Assembly: GCA_965203115.1 (NCBI GenBank)
Contig: OZ241859.1
Span: 817,964-881,963, forward strand
DNA: 64,000 nucleotides
Reading direction: 5' to 3'
Source: Tepidiformaceae bacterium
GTDB lineage: Bacteria > Chloroflexota > Dehalococcoidia > Tepidiformales > Tepidiformaceae
The translations under genes and the position numbers were made by a program. The notes beneath the pieces were generated by a model. That model did not search any database, was not told where the DNA came from, and saw only the letters and a program-made list of their open reading frames with translations. Position 1 is the stretch's first letter, and the number at the start of each line of letters is the position of its first letter. This document shows positions 42,806 through 56,369 of the stretch, one piece after another.

Positions 42806-43318
42806 ATGGGCGAGGCTTTCACCGCTCTCGGTATCAATCTGCCGCAGTTGGTCGCGCAGATCGCGAATTTCGTGGTCCTGCTCCTGATCCTGCGCTTCAC
42901 CCTCTACAAGCCGGTCCTGCGCATGCTCGACCAGCGCCGCGAGCGCATCGCCGAAGGCCTCGGCGCGGCCGAACAGGCCCGCGCCGAAGCCTCCGACGCA
43001 CAGGAGCGCATCGAGGCCCAGCTTGCCGAGGCCCGCGGACAGGGTCAGGAGATCGTGGCCAACGCCCAGCAGGTGGCGGCCCGTATCCAGGACGACGCCC
43101 GCCAGCAGGCGGAGCGCGACCGCGAGGCCGCCGCCGAGCGTTCGGTCCAGGAGATCCAGCTCGAGCGTGACCGCGCCATCGCCGACCTCCGCGCGGAGTT
43201 CGCCGAGATCACCGTCACCGCCGCCGAGCGCGTCATCCGCCAGTCCCTCGACGACGATGCCCACCAGCGCATCATCGAAGAGACGCTGGCCGAGTCCGAG
43301 CTCGGGGAGCGCAGCTAG
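42806..43318 (+). CDS. atpF: F0F1 ATP synthase subunit b
   Basis: It has an N-terminal TM helix, then a long charged helix. Position in the operon supports the call. Confidence 0.85.
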   Translation: MGEAFTALGINLPQLVAQIANFVVLLLILRFTLYKPVLRMLDQRRERIAEGLGAAEQARAEASDAQERIEAQLAEARGQGQEIVANAQQVAARIQDDARQQAERDREAAAERSVQEIQLERDRAIADLRAEFAEITVTAAERVIRQSLDDDAHQRIIEETLAESELGERS

Positions 43319-43849
43319 ATGGCCGACAGGCAGGCGGCAAAGCGCTACGCACAGGCGGCCTTCGCCATCGCCCGCGACGGCGATGCGATTGCCGCGTGGC
43401 GCGCCGACCTCGACGACGTCGCCGCCGTGCTGGCGGAGTCCGACGCCGCGGGCTGGTTCGCCGCCCCGCGCGTGGCCGTGGCCGACCGCCAGGCCGCCGC
43501 CGGGCGCGCGCTCGAAGTCGGGCCGCTCGCGCTGAACCTCGCCAGGCTGCTCATCGCCAAGGGGCGAACGATGGAGGCGCGCGAGATCGCGGACGCCTTC
43601 AACCGCCTCGCGGACGAGCACGAGGGCCTGGCGCAGGCCGAGATCACCACGGCCGTCCCCCTCCGGGACGACCAGGTCGCCGCCATGGAGCGGCGCCTGG
43701 GCGAGGCCCTGGGGAAACGGATCACCGCCACCGCCGCTGTCGATTCCGGCATCATCGGTGGCGTCGTCCTCCGCATCGACGACCATCTCATCGATGGCAG
43801 CGTGCGCACCCGCCTCCGGCGGCTGCGCCGGGAGCTGAGCGGCGCCTAG
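43319..43849 (+). CDS. atpH: F0F1 ATP synthase subunit delta (OSCP)
   Basis: 176 aa with the OSCP-like C-terminus [20 protein letters not shown]. Position in the operon supports the call. Confidence 0.85.
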   Translation: MADRQAAKRYAQAAFAIARDGDAIAAWRADLDDVAAVLAESDAAGWFAAPRVAVADRQAAAGRALEVGPLALNLARLLIAKGRTMEAREIADAFNRLADEHEGLAQAEITTAVPLRDDQVAAMERRLGEALGKRITATAAVDSGIIGGVVLRIDDHLIDGSVRTRLRRLRRELSGA

Positions 43850-43877
43850 GGGCCGCACCACACAAGAGGAAACCACT

Positions 43878-45380
<1,503 letters not shown>

Positions 45381-45388
45381 GGAGCGCC

Positions 45389-46285
45389 ATGCCCACCATC
45401 CAACAGCTGCGCCGCCGCATCGGGTCGGTACGGAATACCGCCAAGATCACGAATGCGCTCCAGCTCGTGGCCGCCTCCAAGATGCGCCGCGCCCAGGAGC
45501 GGGCCACCGAGGGCCGCCCCTACGCGGAGAAGATCCAGCTCGTCCTCTCTTCCCTCGCCTCCACCGCCCCCGGCGGCGGCGACGACGGCGAGAGCGAGGA
45601 GTCCCACCCCTTCCTCACCCAGCGCCCCGTGGAGAACATCGGCATCCTCCACATCACCCCGGACCGGGGACTGTGCGGCGCCCTCAACGCGAACCTGAAC
45701 AACAGCGCCGGCGGCTTCGTCGGCGATGCCGAACCGCCCACCGCCATCGTCGCCGTCGGCCGCAAGGGCCGCGACTTCTTCATCCGCTCCCGCCAGAACG
45801 TCGCCGCCGAGTTCACCGACCTCGGCGACTACCCCGCCCTCACCGACACGAGCGTCATCGCCCGCCTTGTCATGGACGACTACCTCGCGGGCAACGTGGA
45901 TCAGGTCTTCATCAGCTTCGCCGAGTTCGTGAGCACGGTGAACCAGCAGCCGGTCGTGCGCCGCCTCCTGCCCGTCGAGCCCCCGAGGGCGGAAGACGAG
46001 GCGGAGGCGGAGGCGCTCCGCCAGGAGTACATCTTCGAGCCCGACCCCGGCCAGGTCTTCGAGCGGCTCCTGCCCCGCTACGTGGAGATGCAGGTCCACG
46101 CCGCCATCCTCGAATCCGCCGCCTCCGAGCAGTCCGCCCGCATGGTCGCCATGAAGAACGCGACCGACAACGCCAACGAGATCGAGCGCGAGCTGACCCT
46201 GACCTACAACAAGGCCCGCCAGGAGCAGATCACGACCGAGCTGCTCGACATCGTTGGCGGCGCCGAGGCCGTCGTCAATGAGTGA
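45389..46285 (+). CDS. atpG: F0F1 ATP synthase subunit gamma
   Basis: The N-terminus is MPTIQQLRRRIGSVRNTAKITNALQLVAASKMRRAQ and the C-terminus ITTELLDIVGGAEA. Confidence 0.95.
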   Translation: MPTIQQLRRRIGSVRNTAKITNALQLVAASKMRRAQERATEGRPYAEKIQLVLSSLASTAPGGGDDGESEESHPFLTQRPVENIGILHITPDRGLCGALNANLNNSAGGFVGDAEPPTAIVAVGRKGRDFFIRSRQNVAAEFTDLGDYPALTDTSVIARLVMDDYLAGNVDQVFISFAEFVSTVNQQPVVRRLLPVEPPRAEDEAEAEALRQEYIFEPDPGQVFERLLPRYVEMQVHAAILESAASEQSARMVAMKNATDNANEIERELTLTYNKARQEQITTELLDIVGGAEAVVNE

Positions 46286-46936
46286 CGCCGCCCCCTTCGC
46301 CGCGGTCATCTTCGACATGGACGGCGTCCTCGTCGATGGCGAGCCCATCTACTACGGCGCGGCGACGGCGGTGCTTGCCGAGGACGGCATCACCTTCCCC
46401 CTGGACGACTACAAGAAGTACATGGGCACGAAGTCCGGCTGGGACGAGTTCACCCACGACCTCGGCCTGCCCCGCCCGGCCTCGTACTACCGTGATCGCT
46501 GCTCCGCGCTCGTCGCGGACGCCTACGCCGCCGTCGACACCCCCCTTCCCGGCGCCGTCGACCTCGTCCGGGGCCTGAAGGCGATCGGCCTGCCCCTCGC
46601 CGTCGCTTCCTCGACGCACCGCGCGAACGTCGAGGTCTGCCTCGACCGGCTCGGGATGCTGGACGCCTTCGACGTGATCGTCGCCGGGAACGACATCACG
46701 CACGGCAAGCCGCGCCCCGACAGCTACCTGCGCGCCTCCGGGCTCCTGGGCGTGGCCGCGCGGGACTGCCTCGCCATCGAGGACGCGCCCGCCGGCATCC
46801 AGGCCGCGCACGCCGCCGGCATGACCTGCTGGGCCGTCCGCACCGAGTACACGCGCGGGCTGCCCCTCCCCGACCCCGACCGCACGCTTGAGTCCCTCAC
46901 CGAGGTCGACCTCGCCGACATCGCGGGGGTGCCCGC

Positions 46937-46940
<4 letters not shown>
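46278..46940 (+). CDS. HAD-IA hydrolase (beta-phosphoglucomutase-like) embedded in the atp operon
   Basis: ATG at 46278 overlaps the atpG stop by 8 nt. HAD motif I is VIFDMDGVLVD and motif IV IEDAPAG. Confidence 0.85.
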
Positions 46941-49114
<2,174 letters not shown>

Positions 49115-49115
<1 letters not shown>

Positions 49116-49561
49116 TGCCGCTCTTCGTCGAAATCGTCACCGCCGAGCGCGTCGTCCGCACCGAAGAGGACGTCGAGGTGCTCATCGCCCCCGGCAGCGA
49201 GGGCCAGCTCGCGATCCTGCCCCGCCATGCGCCGCTCATGACGACGCTCGACTACGGCGAGCTCATCTTCCGGCGCGGCGCCGAGGAGTCCGCCTTCGCC
49301 ATCGGCGGCGGCTTCCTCGAGGTGCACAGCAACCACGTCACCGTCCTCGCCGATGCGGCCGAGGCCGCCGAGGAGATCGACGTGGATCGCGCCGAGGAGG
49401 CCCGCCGGCGCGCCGAGGAGCGTCTCGCCGGCGCCCGCGACGAGGGCGTGAGCGAAGCCGACCTCGCCCTCGCCCAGGCGGCCATGCAGCGCGCCCTCCT
49501 GCGCCTGCGCGTGGCCGAGCGCCGCCGCCGTCGCCCCGGCCCGCCCATGCCCGGAGGCTAG
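49115..49561 (+). CDS. atpC: F0F1 ATP synthase subunit epsilon
   Basis: The GTG start overlaps the atpD stop. It has a beta-sandwich N-terminus (VEIVTAERVV...LPRHAPL) and a helical C-terminus. Confidence 0.85.
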
Positions 49562-49707
49562 GCCGCGCCCCTCACCGACCCCGCGTGCGGTGCGTTTTCC
49601 GCTCGGTGACTCGGTCACGGCGCTCCTCCCGTTCGCGGAGGATACCCACGCCCTCGCCCGCCCGTTCGATTGCGGCAGATTCGGCCTCTCCCCATACTGA
49701 AACCCAG

Positions 49708-50982
49708 ATGGACGCCAGGAATGGACACAGCTCCCGCTACCAGGTGCGCGGTGGCGCTGTCCTCAACGGGTCCGTGCGCATCTCCGGCTCGGCGAACGCG
49801 GCCCTCGCTTCCATGTGCGCCGCCCTCCTCACGGACGAGACCGTCGTCCTCGAAAACGTCCCCGCCGTCTCCGATATCGACTCCCTCGCCGGGCTGCTCG
49901 CGCACCTCGGCGCGACCGTCGAGCGCCCCGACCCGAACCGCGTCGAGATCAACGCGGCGAAGGTCGGCACGCTCGAAGCGCCCATCGACCTCGTCTCGGA
50001 GAACCGCGCCTCCTTCCAGGTGATGGGCCCCCTCCTCGCCCGCCACGGCTTCGCCGCGCTCCCGCCCCCCGGCGGCGACGTGATCGGCCAGCGCCCCATC
50101 GCCGTGCATCTCGACGGCTTCGAGGCGATGGGCGCCGCCATCGACCGTGTCGGCGAGCACTACCAGGCCCGCGCCCCGCAGGGCCTCGCGGGAACGCGCG
50201 TCTTCGCCGACTACCCCTCCGTCTCCGGCACGCAGAACCTGATGCTCGCCGCCACGCTCGCCCGCGGCGAGACGACGATCATCAACGCCGCCACGGAGCC
50301 CGAGGTCCAGGCGCTGGCGGCGCTCCTCAACTCGATGGGCGCGCGCGTCTCCGGCGCCGGCACCCAGATCGTCACGATCGAGGGCGTCGAGCGCCTCCAG
50401 GGCACGACCTTCGCCCTCATCCCCGACCGCATCGAGGCGGGCACGTTCGCCATCGCCGCCGCCATGACCCACGGCGACGTCGAGCTCATCGACGCGCCCG
50501 TGGGGGTCATGGACGCGCTCATCACGAAGCTCCGAGCCGCCGGCGCCACCGTGGAGGCGCGCGAGGGCTCCCTGCGCGTCGCGGCCGGCTCGCGGCTCGC
50601 CCCCGTCGGCTTCCAGGCGCTCCCCTACCCGGGCCTCCCCACCGACCTCCACGCCCCCATGGGCGCCCTCCTCACCCAGGCCGACGGCGTCTCCATCATC
50701 CACGAGCGCGTCTTCGACAACCGCATGCTCTACGTCGACGAGCTGCGCAAGATGGGCGCCGAGATCGTGAGCACGGGCTCCTCCGCCATCGTCAGCGGCC
50801 CCACGCCCCTCCACGGCGCCCGCGCCCGCGCCCTCGACGTGCGAGCCGGAGCAGCCGTCCTCCTCGCCGGCCTCTCCGCCAGCGGTACGACCGTCATCGA
50901 CGACATCTACCACCTCGACCGCAAGTACGAACGCCTCGACGAGAAGCTGCGCGGCCTCGGCGCCGAGCTGGAGCGGGTGTAG
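49708..50982 (+). CDS. murA: UDP-N-acetylglucosamine 1-carboxyvinyltransferase (Asp in place of the fosfomycin-target Cys)
   Basis: ATG at 49708 and conserved MurA sequence throughout. The active-site loop reads [14 protein letters not shown] (GAC codon at 50077-50079), where E. coli has GGCTIGARPV. Confidence 0.95.
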   Translation: MDARNGHSSRYQVRGGAVLNGSVRISGSANAALASMCAALLTDETVVLENVPAVSDIDSLAGLLAHLGATVERPDPNRVEINAAKVGTLEAPIDLVSENRASFQVMGPLLARHGFAALPPPGGDVIGQRPIAVHLDGFEAMGAAIDRVGEHYQARAPQGLAGTRVFADYPSVSGTQNLMLAATLARGETTIINAATEPEVQALAALLNSMGARVSGAGTQIVTIEGVERLQGTTFALIPDRIEAGTFAIAAAMTHGDVELIDAPVGVMDALITKLRAAGATVEAREGSLRVAAGSRLAPVGFQALPYPGLPTDLHAPMGALLTQADGVSIIHERVFDNRMLYVDELRKMGAEIVSTGSSAIVSGPTPLHGARARALDVRAGAAVLLAGLSASGTTVIDDIYHLDRKYERLDEKLRGLGAELERV

Positions 50983-50987
50983 TCGGT

Positions 50988-52049
50988 ATGGCGTTCGGCT
51001 TCATCTCGAACACGCGCGCGGGCATCGACCTCGGCACCGCCAACATCCTCGTCTTCGTCCAGGGGCAGGGCATCGTCGTGAACGAGCCCTCGGTCGTGGC
51101 GCGACATAACCGTGACGACGCGATCGTCGCCGTCGGCGCCGAGGCCCGCATGATGCAGGGCCGCACGCCCGGCGCCCTCAGCATCATCCGTCCCATGCGC
51201 GAGGGCGTCATCGCCGACTACCTCACGACGGAGGCGATGATGCGCTACTTCATCGGCGTCGTGACCGGCCGCTTCAACCTCATCCGCCCCGAGATCATGG
51301 TGACCGTTCCCGCCGGTGTGACCAGCGTCGAGCAGCGCGCCGTGCGCGACGCCGCCGAGCAGGCCGGCGCCCGCCGCCCCGCCCACCTCGTCCCCGAGCC
51401 GCTCGCCGCCGCCATCGGCGCGGGCGTTCCCGTGGGAACGCCCCGCGGCAACATGATCGTGAACATCGGCGGCGGGCGCACCGAGGCGGCGGTCATCTCC
51501 CTCTACGGCATCGTCGTGAGCGAGTCGGCCCGCGTCGCCGGCGACCGCATCGACGAGGCCATTCAGGCCTTCGTCCGCCGCCGCCACAACCTCGTCATCG
51601 GCGAGAGCACGGCCGAGGAGATCAAGATCGCGATCGGCTCGGCCATGCCCCTCGACGAGGGCGTCTCGACGCAGGTGCGCGGGCGCGACCAGCTCAGCGG
51701 CCTGCCGCGCACCATCACCCTCAACAGCGACGAGATCGCCCAGGCCATCCAGGATTCGCTCGGCCAGATCATCCAGGCCGTGCGCAGCGTGCTCGAACGC
51801 ACGCCCCCCGAGCTCGCCGCCGACGTCATCGACCACGGCATCGTCCTCACCGGCGGCGGCGCCCTCCTGCGGCACTTCGATGAACTCCTGACGCAGGAGA
51901 CCGGCGTCCCCTGCTACGTCGCCGACAGCCCCCTCGAGTGCGTCGCCGTCGGCGCCGCCATCGCCCTCGACCATCTCGAGATCATCGAGCGCAGCCTCCC
52001 GACCGAGGAGGAGCAGCTGGTGGGCCTCTTCCCCCAACCGGATCGCTGA
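50988..52049 (+). CDS. mreB: Rod shape-determining protein MreB
   Basis: It reads [13 protein letters not shown]..., an actin-like ATPase. No mreC/mreD follow. Confidence 0.95.
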   Translation: MAFGFISNTRAGIDLGTANILVFVQGQGIVVNEPSVVARHNRDDAIVAVGAEARMMQGRTPGALSIIRPMREGVIADYLTTEAMMRYFIGVVTGRFNLIRPEIMVTVPAGVTSVEQRAVRDAAEQAGARRPAHLVPEPLAAAIGAGVPVGTPRGNMIVNIGGGRTEAAVISLYGIVVSESARVAGDRIDEAIQAFVRRRHNLVIGESTAEEIKIAIGSAMPLDEGVSTQVRGRDQLSGLPRTITLNSDEIAQAIQDSLGQIIQAVRSVLERTPPELAADVIDHGIVLTGGGALLRHFDELLTQETGVPCYVADSPLECVAVGAAIALDHLEIIERSLPTEEEQLVGLFPQPDR

Positions 52050-52066
52050 CCTACCCTCGATCCTTC

Positions 52067-52648
52067 GTGCCTGAAAGTCCTTCCGCGGATGCCCTTGCCA
52101 TCGGCCCGAACATCAGCGTGGTCGGCGATAGCTGCTCGGGCAAGACGACCACCGCCGCCGCCCTCGCCGAACGGCTTGGACTGCGCCACGTCGAGCTCGA
52201 TTCCCTCAACTGGGAGCCGAACTGGGTGCAGGCTTCCGACGAGGTCGTGGTCGAACGCCTGCGCGCGGCCATGGCCGAGCCCGGGTGGGTCATCGACGGG
52301 AACTACGGGCGCATCCTCCGCCCCATCGTCTGGACCGCCGCCGATACCGTCGTCTGGCTCGACTTTCCCCTGCGCGTCACCCTGCCCCGCACCCTCGCGC
52401 GCTCGTTCCGCCGCTGGCGGACGCGGGAGCTGCTCTGGGGTACGAACCGCGAGCGCCTCTGGGAGCACTTCCTCCCCTGGGACCGCTCCCTCATCTGGTG
52501 GACGCTCAAGAGCCACCGCCGCCGCCGGATCGCCTACTCGGCCGCGATGGACGCCCCCGAGTACGAGGGAACGCAGTTCGTTCGCCTCCGCTCCCCCGCC
52601 GAGGTCGAACCGCTCCTGGAGCGTGTCAGGCTGGCGGTTCCGGCCTAG
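52067..52648 (+). CDS. P-loop NTPase (adenylate-kinase/topology-modulation-like family)
   Basis: GTG at 52067. Walker A is VVGDSCSGKTT. The protein is small and kinase-like. Confidence 0.7.
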   Translation: MPESPSADALAIGPNISVVGDSCSGKTTTAAALAERLGLRHVELDSLNWEPNWVQASDEVVVERLRAAMAEPGWVIDGNYGRILRPIVWTAADTVVWLDFPLRVTLPRTLARSFRRWRTRELLWGTNRERLWEHFLPWDRSLIWWTLKSHRRRRIAYSAAMDAPEYEGTQFVRLRSPAEVEPLLERVRLAVPA

Positions 52649-53283
52649 CTCGGCTGGGGCGCGAGCTCCTTCAGGTAGTACGTCATCCCCTGCATCATCA
52701 CGACCGGGTCGATCTGCCGGATCGAGACGCCGTCGGGCACGTGCGCCGAGATGGGCGCGTAGTTCAGGATGGCGTGTACGCCGCTCTCGACCAGCCGGTC
52801 GACCACCGCCTGCGCCGCCTCCGCCGGAACCGCCACCACCGCGATGTCGACGTGCCCGTTCGTTAGGTAGCCCTCCAGGTCGTCCATGGATCGCACTTCG
52901 ACCCCCTGGATGACCTTCCCCGCTACGTCGGGCGCGGCGTCGAAGGCGGCGACGGTGTTGAAGCCCTGCTGGGCGAACCCGTCGTACTCGAGGATGGCCT
53001 GGCCCAGCCGCCCGATCCCCACCACGCACACGCTCCACGAGCGGTCCAGCCCGAGGATCTCGCGCAGCCGGTCCAGCAGGTCGCCGACGTTGTAGCCGCG
53101 GCCCTGCTTGCCGAACCGCCCGAAGTAGCTCAGGTCCTTGCGGATCTGCGCGGGCGTCACGTCGAGCTGTTCGCCCAGGGTCTGCGAGCTGACGACCGTC
53201 TCGCCCGCCGCCGCCAGCGTCGTGAGCGCCCTCGCGTAGAGCGGCAGCCGGTTGATGACAACCTCGGGGATGTCAGAGGTCAT
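52645..53283 (-). CDS. rex: Redox-sensing transcriptional repressor Rex
   Basis: ATG at 53283. It has the wHTH INRLPLYARAL...IRKDLSYFG and the Rossmann motif VVGIGRLGQA. Confidence 0.9.
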   Translation of the reverse strand: MTSDIPEVVINRLPLYARALTTLAAAGETVVSSQTLGEQLDVTPAQIRKDLSYFGRFGKQGRGYNVGDLLDRLREILGLDRSWSVCVVGIGRLGQAILEYDGFAQQGFNTVAAFDAAPDVAGKVIQGVEVRSMDDLEGYLTNGHVDIAVVAVPAEAAQAVVDRLVESGVHAILNYAPISAHVPDGVSIRQIDPVVMMQGMTYYLKELAPQPS

Positions 53284-53428
53284 TGGCCGGGCCGGTCCCT
53301 CCTGCTCGCGCCCGCCGTCGCTCAGGCCGGCGACGGTTGTGAAAAATCGAACATTTGGATGATCCGCACTGTAAACCCCGCGTTCTGAGGGGGTCAACGG
53401 TCCCGTGTTACGAGTGCGTGCCGCGCGG

Positions 53429-54778
53429 CTATCGGGAAGAGAAGAGCGTCCTGATCGTGGCCGTCACATGCTCGTCGTCGGCCTCCGCTACCGTGCGCGG
53501 GTCGAGCAGCGTCTCCCCCGCCTCCACGCGCGCCACGATGGCCGGACCCGCCTCGCGCAGGGCCCGCGCCAGCCACTCCGCCCCTTCTTCCGCCCGCAGC
53601 GCCGCGCACCACGTTTGCCGCCCCGCCCCCGGCGCCGCCCCGCCTCCGATCATCGAGCGCGACTCGACCACGCGGCCGCCCCCCGCCTCCGCCCACGCCC
53701 GCGCGCGCGGCTCCAGCTGCTCCCGTTCCAGCGCCAGCATCCGCCAGACCGGGATCTCCTCCCGCTCCGTTCCCGCCACGTAGGCCATCAGCGTCGCGTT
53801 CAGCGCGGCGATCGTGAGCTTGTCGACCCGCAGGGCCCGCGCCATCGGGTGCCGCCGCAGCGCCGCCACGAGCTCTCCCCGTCCCGCGATCAGCCCGCAT
53901 TGCGGGCCGCCCAGCAGCTTGTCCCCGCTGAACATGGTCAGGTCCGCCCCGCCCTCCAGGTTCTCCCGCACGGTCGGCTCGTGCTCGACCCCGTAGTCTC
54001 CCGTCTCCACCAGGCACCCGCTGCCGAGGTCGTCGAGCAGGAGCACGCCGTGCTCCCTCGCCAGCGCCGCCAGCTCCCCGAGCTCCGGTCGCGCCGTGAA
54101 CCCCGTGACCTCGAAGTTGGAGCGGTGGACCCGCAGGATCGCCGCCGTCTCCTCGCCGATCGCGTTCGCGTAGTCCTCGACGTAGGTCCGGTTCGTCGTG
54201 CCTACCTCCACCAGCCGCGCCCCGCTTTCCCGCAGCACGTCGGGGATGCGGAAACGCCCCCCGATCTCCACCGCCTCCCCGCGCGACACGATGACCTCCC
54301 CGCCCCGCGCGAACACGTGCAGCGCCATCAGCAGGGCGGCCGCGTTGTTGTTCACCGCGAGCGCGTCCTCGGCGCCCGTCGTGCGCCGCAGCAGGTCGCG
54401 CACGTGCTCGTGCCGGCTCCCCCGGCCGCCCTCCTCCAGGTCGAACTCGAGGTTCGTGTAGTCGCGCGCCGCCTCCGCCATCGCCGCCATCGCCCGCTCG
54501 CTCAGCGGCGCCCGCCCCAGGTTCGTCTGCAGGATGACGCCAGTTGCGTTCACGACCCGCCGCAGCGAGGGTCGCGCCAGTTCCTCCAGGATCGCCGCCG
54601 CCTCCGCCGAGATCGCCGCGACATCGGGCGCGTCCTCTCCCTCCCGCACCGCCTCCCGCGCGCGTTCGATGGCCGTGCGCGCCGCCTCAAGCGCGAGCGC
54701 GTGCGGCCACGAGCCGTTGCCGCGCAGTTCGCCCAGCACCGCCTCGACGCTTGGAATCGCCCGAAAGGTCGACGGCAT
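53429..54778 (-). CDS. selA: L-seryl-tRNA(Sec) selenium transferase
   Basis: 449 aa with SelA motifs: IPSVEAVL, VVNATGVILQTNLGRAPL, RVHRSNFEVTGFT, and the PLP-Lys context FSGDKLLGGPQCG. Confidence 0.85.
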   Translation of the reverse strand: MPSTFRAIPSVEAVLGELRGNGSWPHALALEAARTAIERAREAVREGEDAPDVAAISAEAAAILEELARPSLRRVVNATGVILQTNLGRAPLSERAMAAMAEAARDYTNLEFDLEEGGRGSRHEHVRDLLRRTTGAEDALAVNNNAAALLMALHVFARGGEVIVSRGEAVEIGGRFRIPDVLRESGARLVEVGTTNRTYVEDYANAIGEETAAILRVHRSNFEVTGFTARPELGELAALAREHGVLLLDDLGSGCLVETGDYGVEHEPTVRENLEGGADLTMFSGDKLLGGPQCGLIAGRGELVAALRRHPMARALRVDKLTIAALNATLMAYVAGTEREEIPVWRMLALEREQLEPRARAWAEAGGGRVVESRSMIGGGAAPGAGRQTWCAALRAEEGAEWLARALREAGPAIVARVEAGETLLDPRTVAEADDEHVTATIRTLFSSR

Positions 54779-54860
54779 GTCGCGATCTTAACGCGGACCG
54801 GCCATTGATCGTGTTCGTAGGCGCGCGCTGCGCCAGAATCGAGGGGACGAATACCTCTCT

Positions 54861-55967
54861 GTGGGAAGAACCGTGAACCTCCGTATCCCCGGACCGACCC
54901 CCTGTCCCGATGACGTTCTCGAAGCCGTCGGCGGGCCCATGATGAACCACCGCGGACCCGAGTTCGCGGACATCATCAGGCGCGTCACCGAGGGACTGAA
55001 CTGGGTCTTCGGCGTCTCCACGGACGTTCTCACGATCACCGCTTCCGGAACCGGCGGGCTCGAAGCCGCCGTCGTCAACACGCTCAGCCCCGGCGACCGC
55101 GTGCTCGCCGTCTCCATCGGCGTCTTCGGCAACCGCCTCGCCTCCATCGCCGAGACCTACGGCGCGGAGGTCGAGCGCTACGAGTTCGAGTGGGGCGCCG
55201 CCGCCGACCCCGACGAGGTCGCCCGCCGCCTCGACGCGGACCCTTCGATCAAGGCCGTTCTCGTCACCCACAACGAGACCTCGACCGGCGTGACGAACCC
55301 GCTCGAGGCCATCGGGGCCGCCGTCCGCGAGCGCGGCCCCCTGCTCATCGTCGACGGGGTCAGCAGCGTCTCCTCCATCCCCTGTCCGGCCGAGCGCTGG
55401 GGCATCGACGTGCTCGTGAGCGGCTCCCAGAAGGGCTGGATGGTCCCGCCCGGGCTCGCCTTCCTCTGGCTCAGCGAGCGCGCCTGGGAAGCCGGCGAGA
55501 GCGCCACGATGCCGCGCTTCTACTTCGACCTCCAGCGCTCCCGCAGCTCGCTGGAGAGCGCACAGACGCCCTGGACCCCCGCGCTGTCCATCTTCTACGG
55601 CCTCGACAAGGCCTTCGAGTCCCTGCGCGCCGAGGGGCTGGAGGGCATCTACGGCCGCCACCGCGCCGTAGCCCAGTACACCCGCGACCGGGTGCGGGCG
55701 ATGGGCCTGGAGCTGTTCGCGCAGGACGAGCGCTTCGCCTCCGACACCGTCACCGCCGTGCGCTGGCCCGACGAGGTCGATGGTCCTGCCATCGCGAAGC
55801 GCGCCCGCGAGGAGTTCGGCGTCGTGCTCGGCGGAGGGCAGCAGAGCCTCCGCGGCAAGATCTTCCGCGTCGGCCACATGGGCTACTTCAGCCAGGAAGA
55901 CATCGCCGCCGCCCTCGACGTGCTCGAACGCCTCCTCGCGGAGACTCCCGCCGGCGCCAGGGCGTAG
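54861..55967 (+). CDS. Class-V aminotransferase (serine-glyoxylate/alanine-glyoxylate/phosphoserine aminotransferase-like)
   Basis: 368 aa with the PLP-Lys motif SGSQKGWMVPPG, in a serA neighbourhood. Confidence 0.85.
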   Translation: MGRTVNLRIPGPTPCPDDVLEAVGGPMMNHRGPEFADIIRRVTEGLNWVFGVSTDVLTITASGTGGLEAAVVNTLSPGDRVLAVSIGVFGNRLASIAETYGAEVERYEFEWGAAADPDEVARRLDADPSIKAVLVTHNETSTGVTNPLEAIGAAVRERGPLLIVDGVSSVSSIPCPAERWGIDVLVSGSQKGWMVPPGLAFLWLSERAWEAGESATMPRFYFDLQRSRSSLESAQTPWTPALSIFYGLDKAFESLRAEGLEGIYGRHRAVAQYTRDRVRAMGLELFAQDERFASDTVTAVRWPDEVDGPAIAKRAREEFGVVLGGGQQSLRGKIFRVGHMGYFSQEDIAAALDVLERLLAETPAGARA

Positions 55968-56018
55968 GCCTTTCCCCTCGCCTGCAAGCAGTCGAGGGTC
56001 CGTGAGCAAGAAGAAAAG

Positions 56019-56045
56019 TGGACTAGACTAGTCTAGACTAGTCCA
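56019..56045. promoter_or_regulatory. CTAG-rich nested palindrome, likely TA operator/promoter
   Basis: tGGACTAGACTAGTCTAGACTAGTCCa contains the overlapping palindromes TAGACTAGTCTA, CTAGTCTAGACTAG and GGACTAGTCC. It lies 15 nt upstream of the antitoxin ATG, with the RBS gaggag in between. Confidence 0.5.
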
Positions 56046-56060
56046 TGTTGAGGAGCCGCC

Positions 56061-56369
56061 ATGACGACCCAGCCCCAAACGCCCCGCACCTGGACGATTG
56101 CCGAAGCGAAGGCCCGCCTCTCCGAGATCCTCCGCCTCGCTGAGGAGGAGGGCCCGCAGCGGATCGGCCTGCGCAAGCCCTTCCTGGTCGTCTCCGAACG
56201 ACAGTGGCGTTCGCGGGAGCACGACCTCGAGTGGCGCAGGCGCGTCCCCGAGGAGATGCCGATGGGCAAGTGGCTCGTCGAGAACATGCCGCGCGGGGTG
56301 GGACTTGAGCTCCCCGACCGCAGCGATCCCCCGAGAGAGACTCCCTTCAGCGACTGGGAAGATGAGTGA
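56061..56369 (+). CDS. vapB: Phd/YefM-type antitoxin (VapB-like)
   Basis: 102 aa. The N-terminus WTIAEAKARLSEILRLAEEEGPQRI is typical of Phd/YefM antitoxins. It overlaps the toxin start. Confidence 0.7.
   Translation: MTTQPQTPRTWTIAEAKARLSEILRLAEEEGPQRIGLRKPFLVVSERQWRSREHDLEWRRRVPEEMPMGKWLVENMPRGVGLELPDRSDPPRETPFSDWEDE

Noticed and set aside
49562-49610. Intrinsic terminator after atpC, and a GC-rich inverted repeat after the kinase gene (23875-23915)
   Set aside because: The stems are short or have large loops, and neither is followed by a T-tract. They are not convincing enough to annotate.
53337-53353. Rex operator upstream of rex
   Set aside because: Only one half-site (TTGTGAA) matches the consensus. 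The second arm (CGAACA vs TTCACA) is poor. It is mentioned in a finding but not annotated as a feature.
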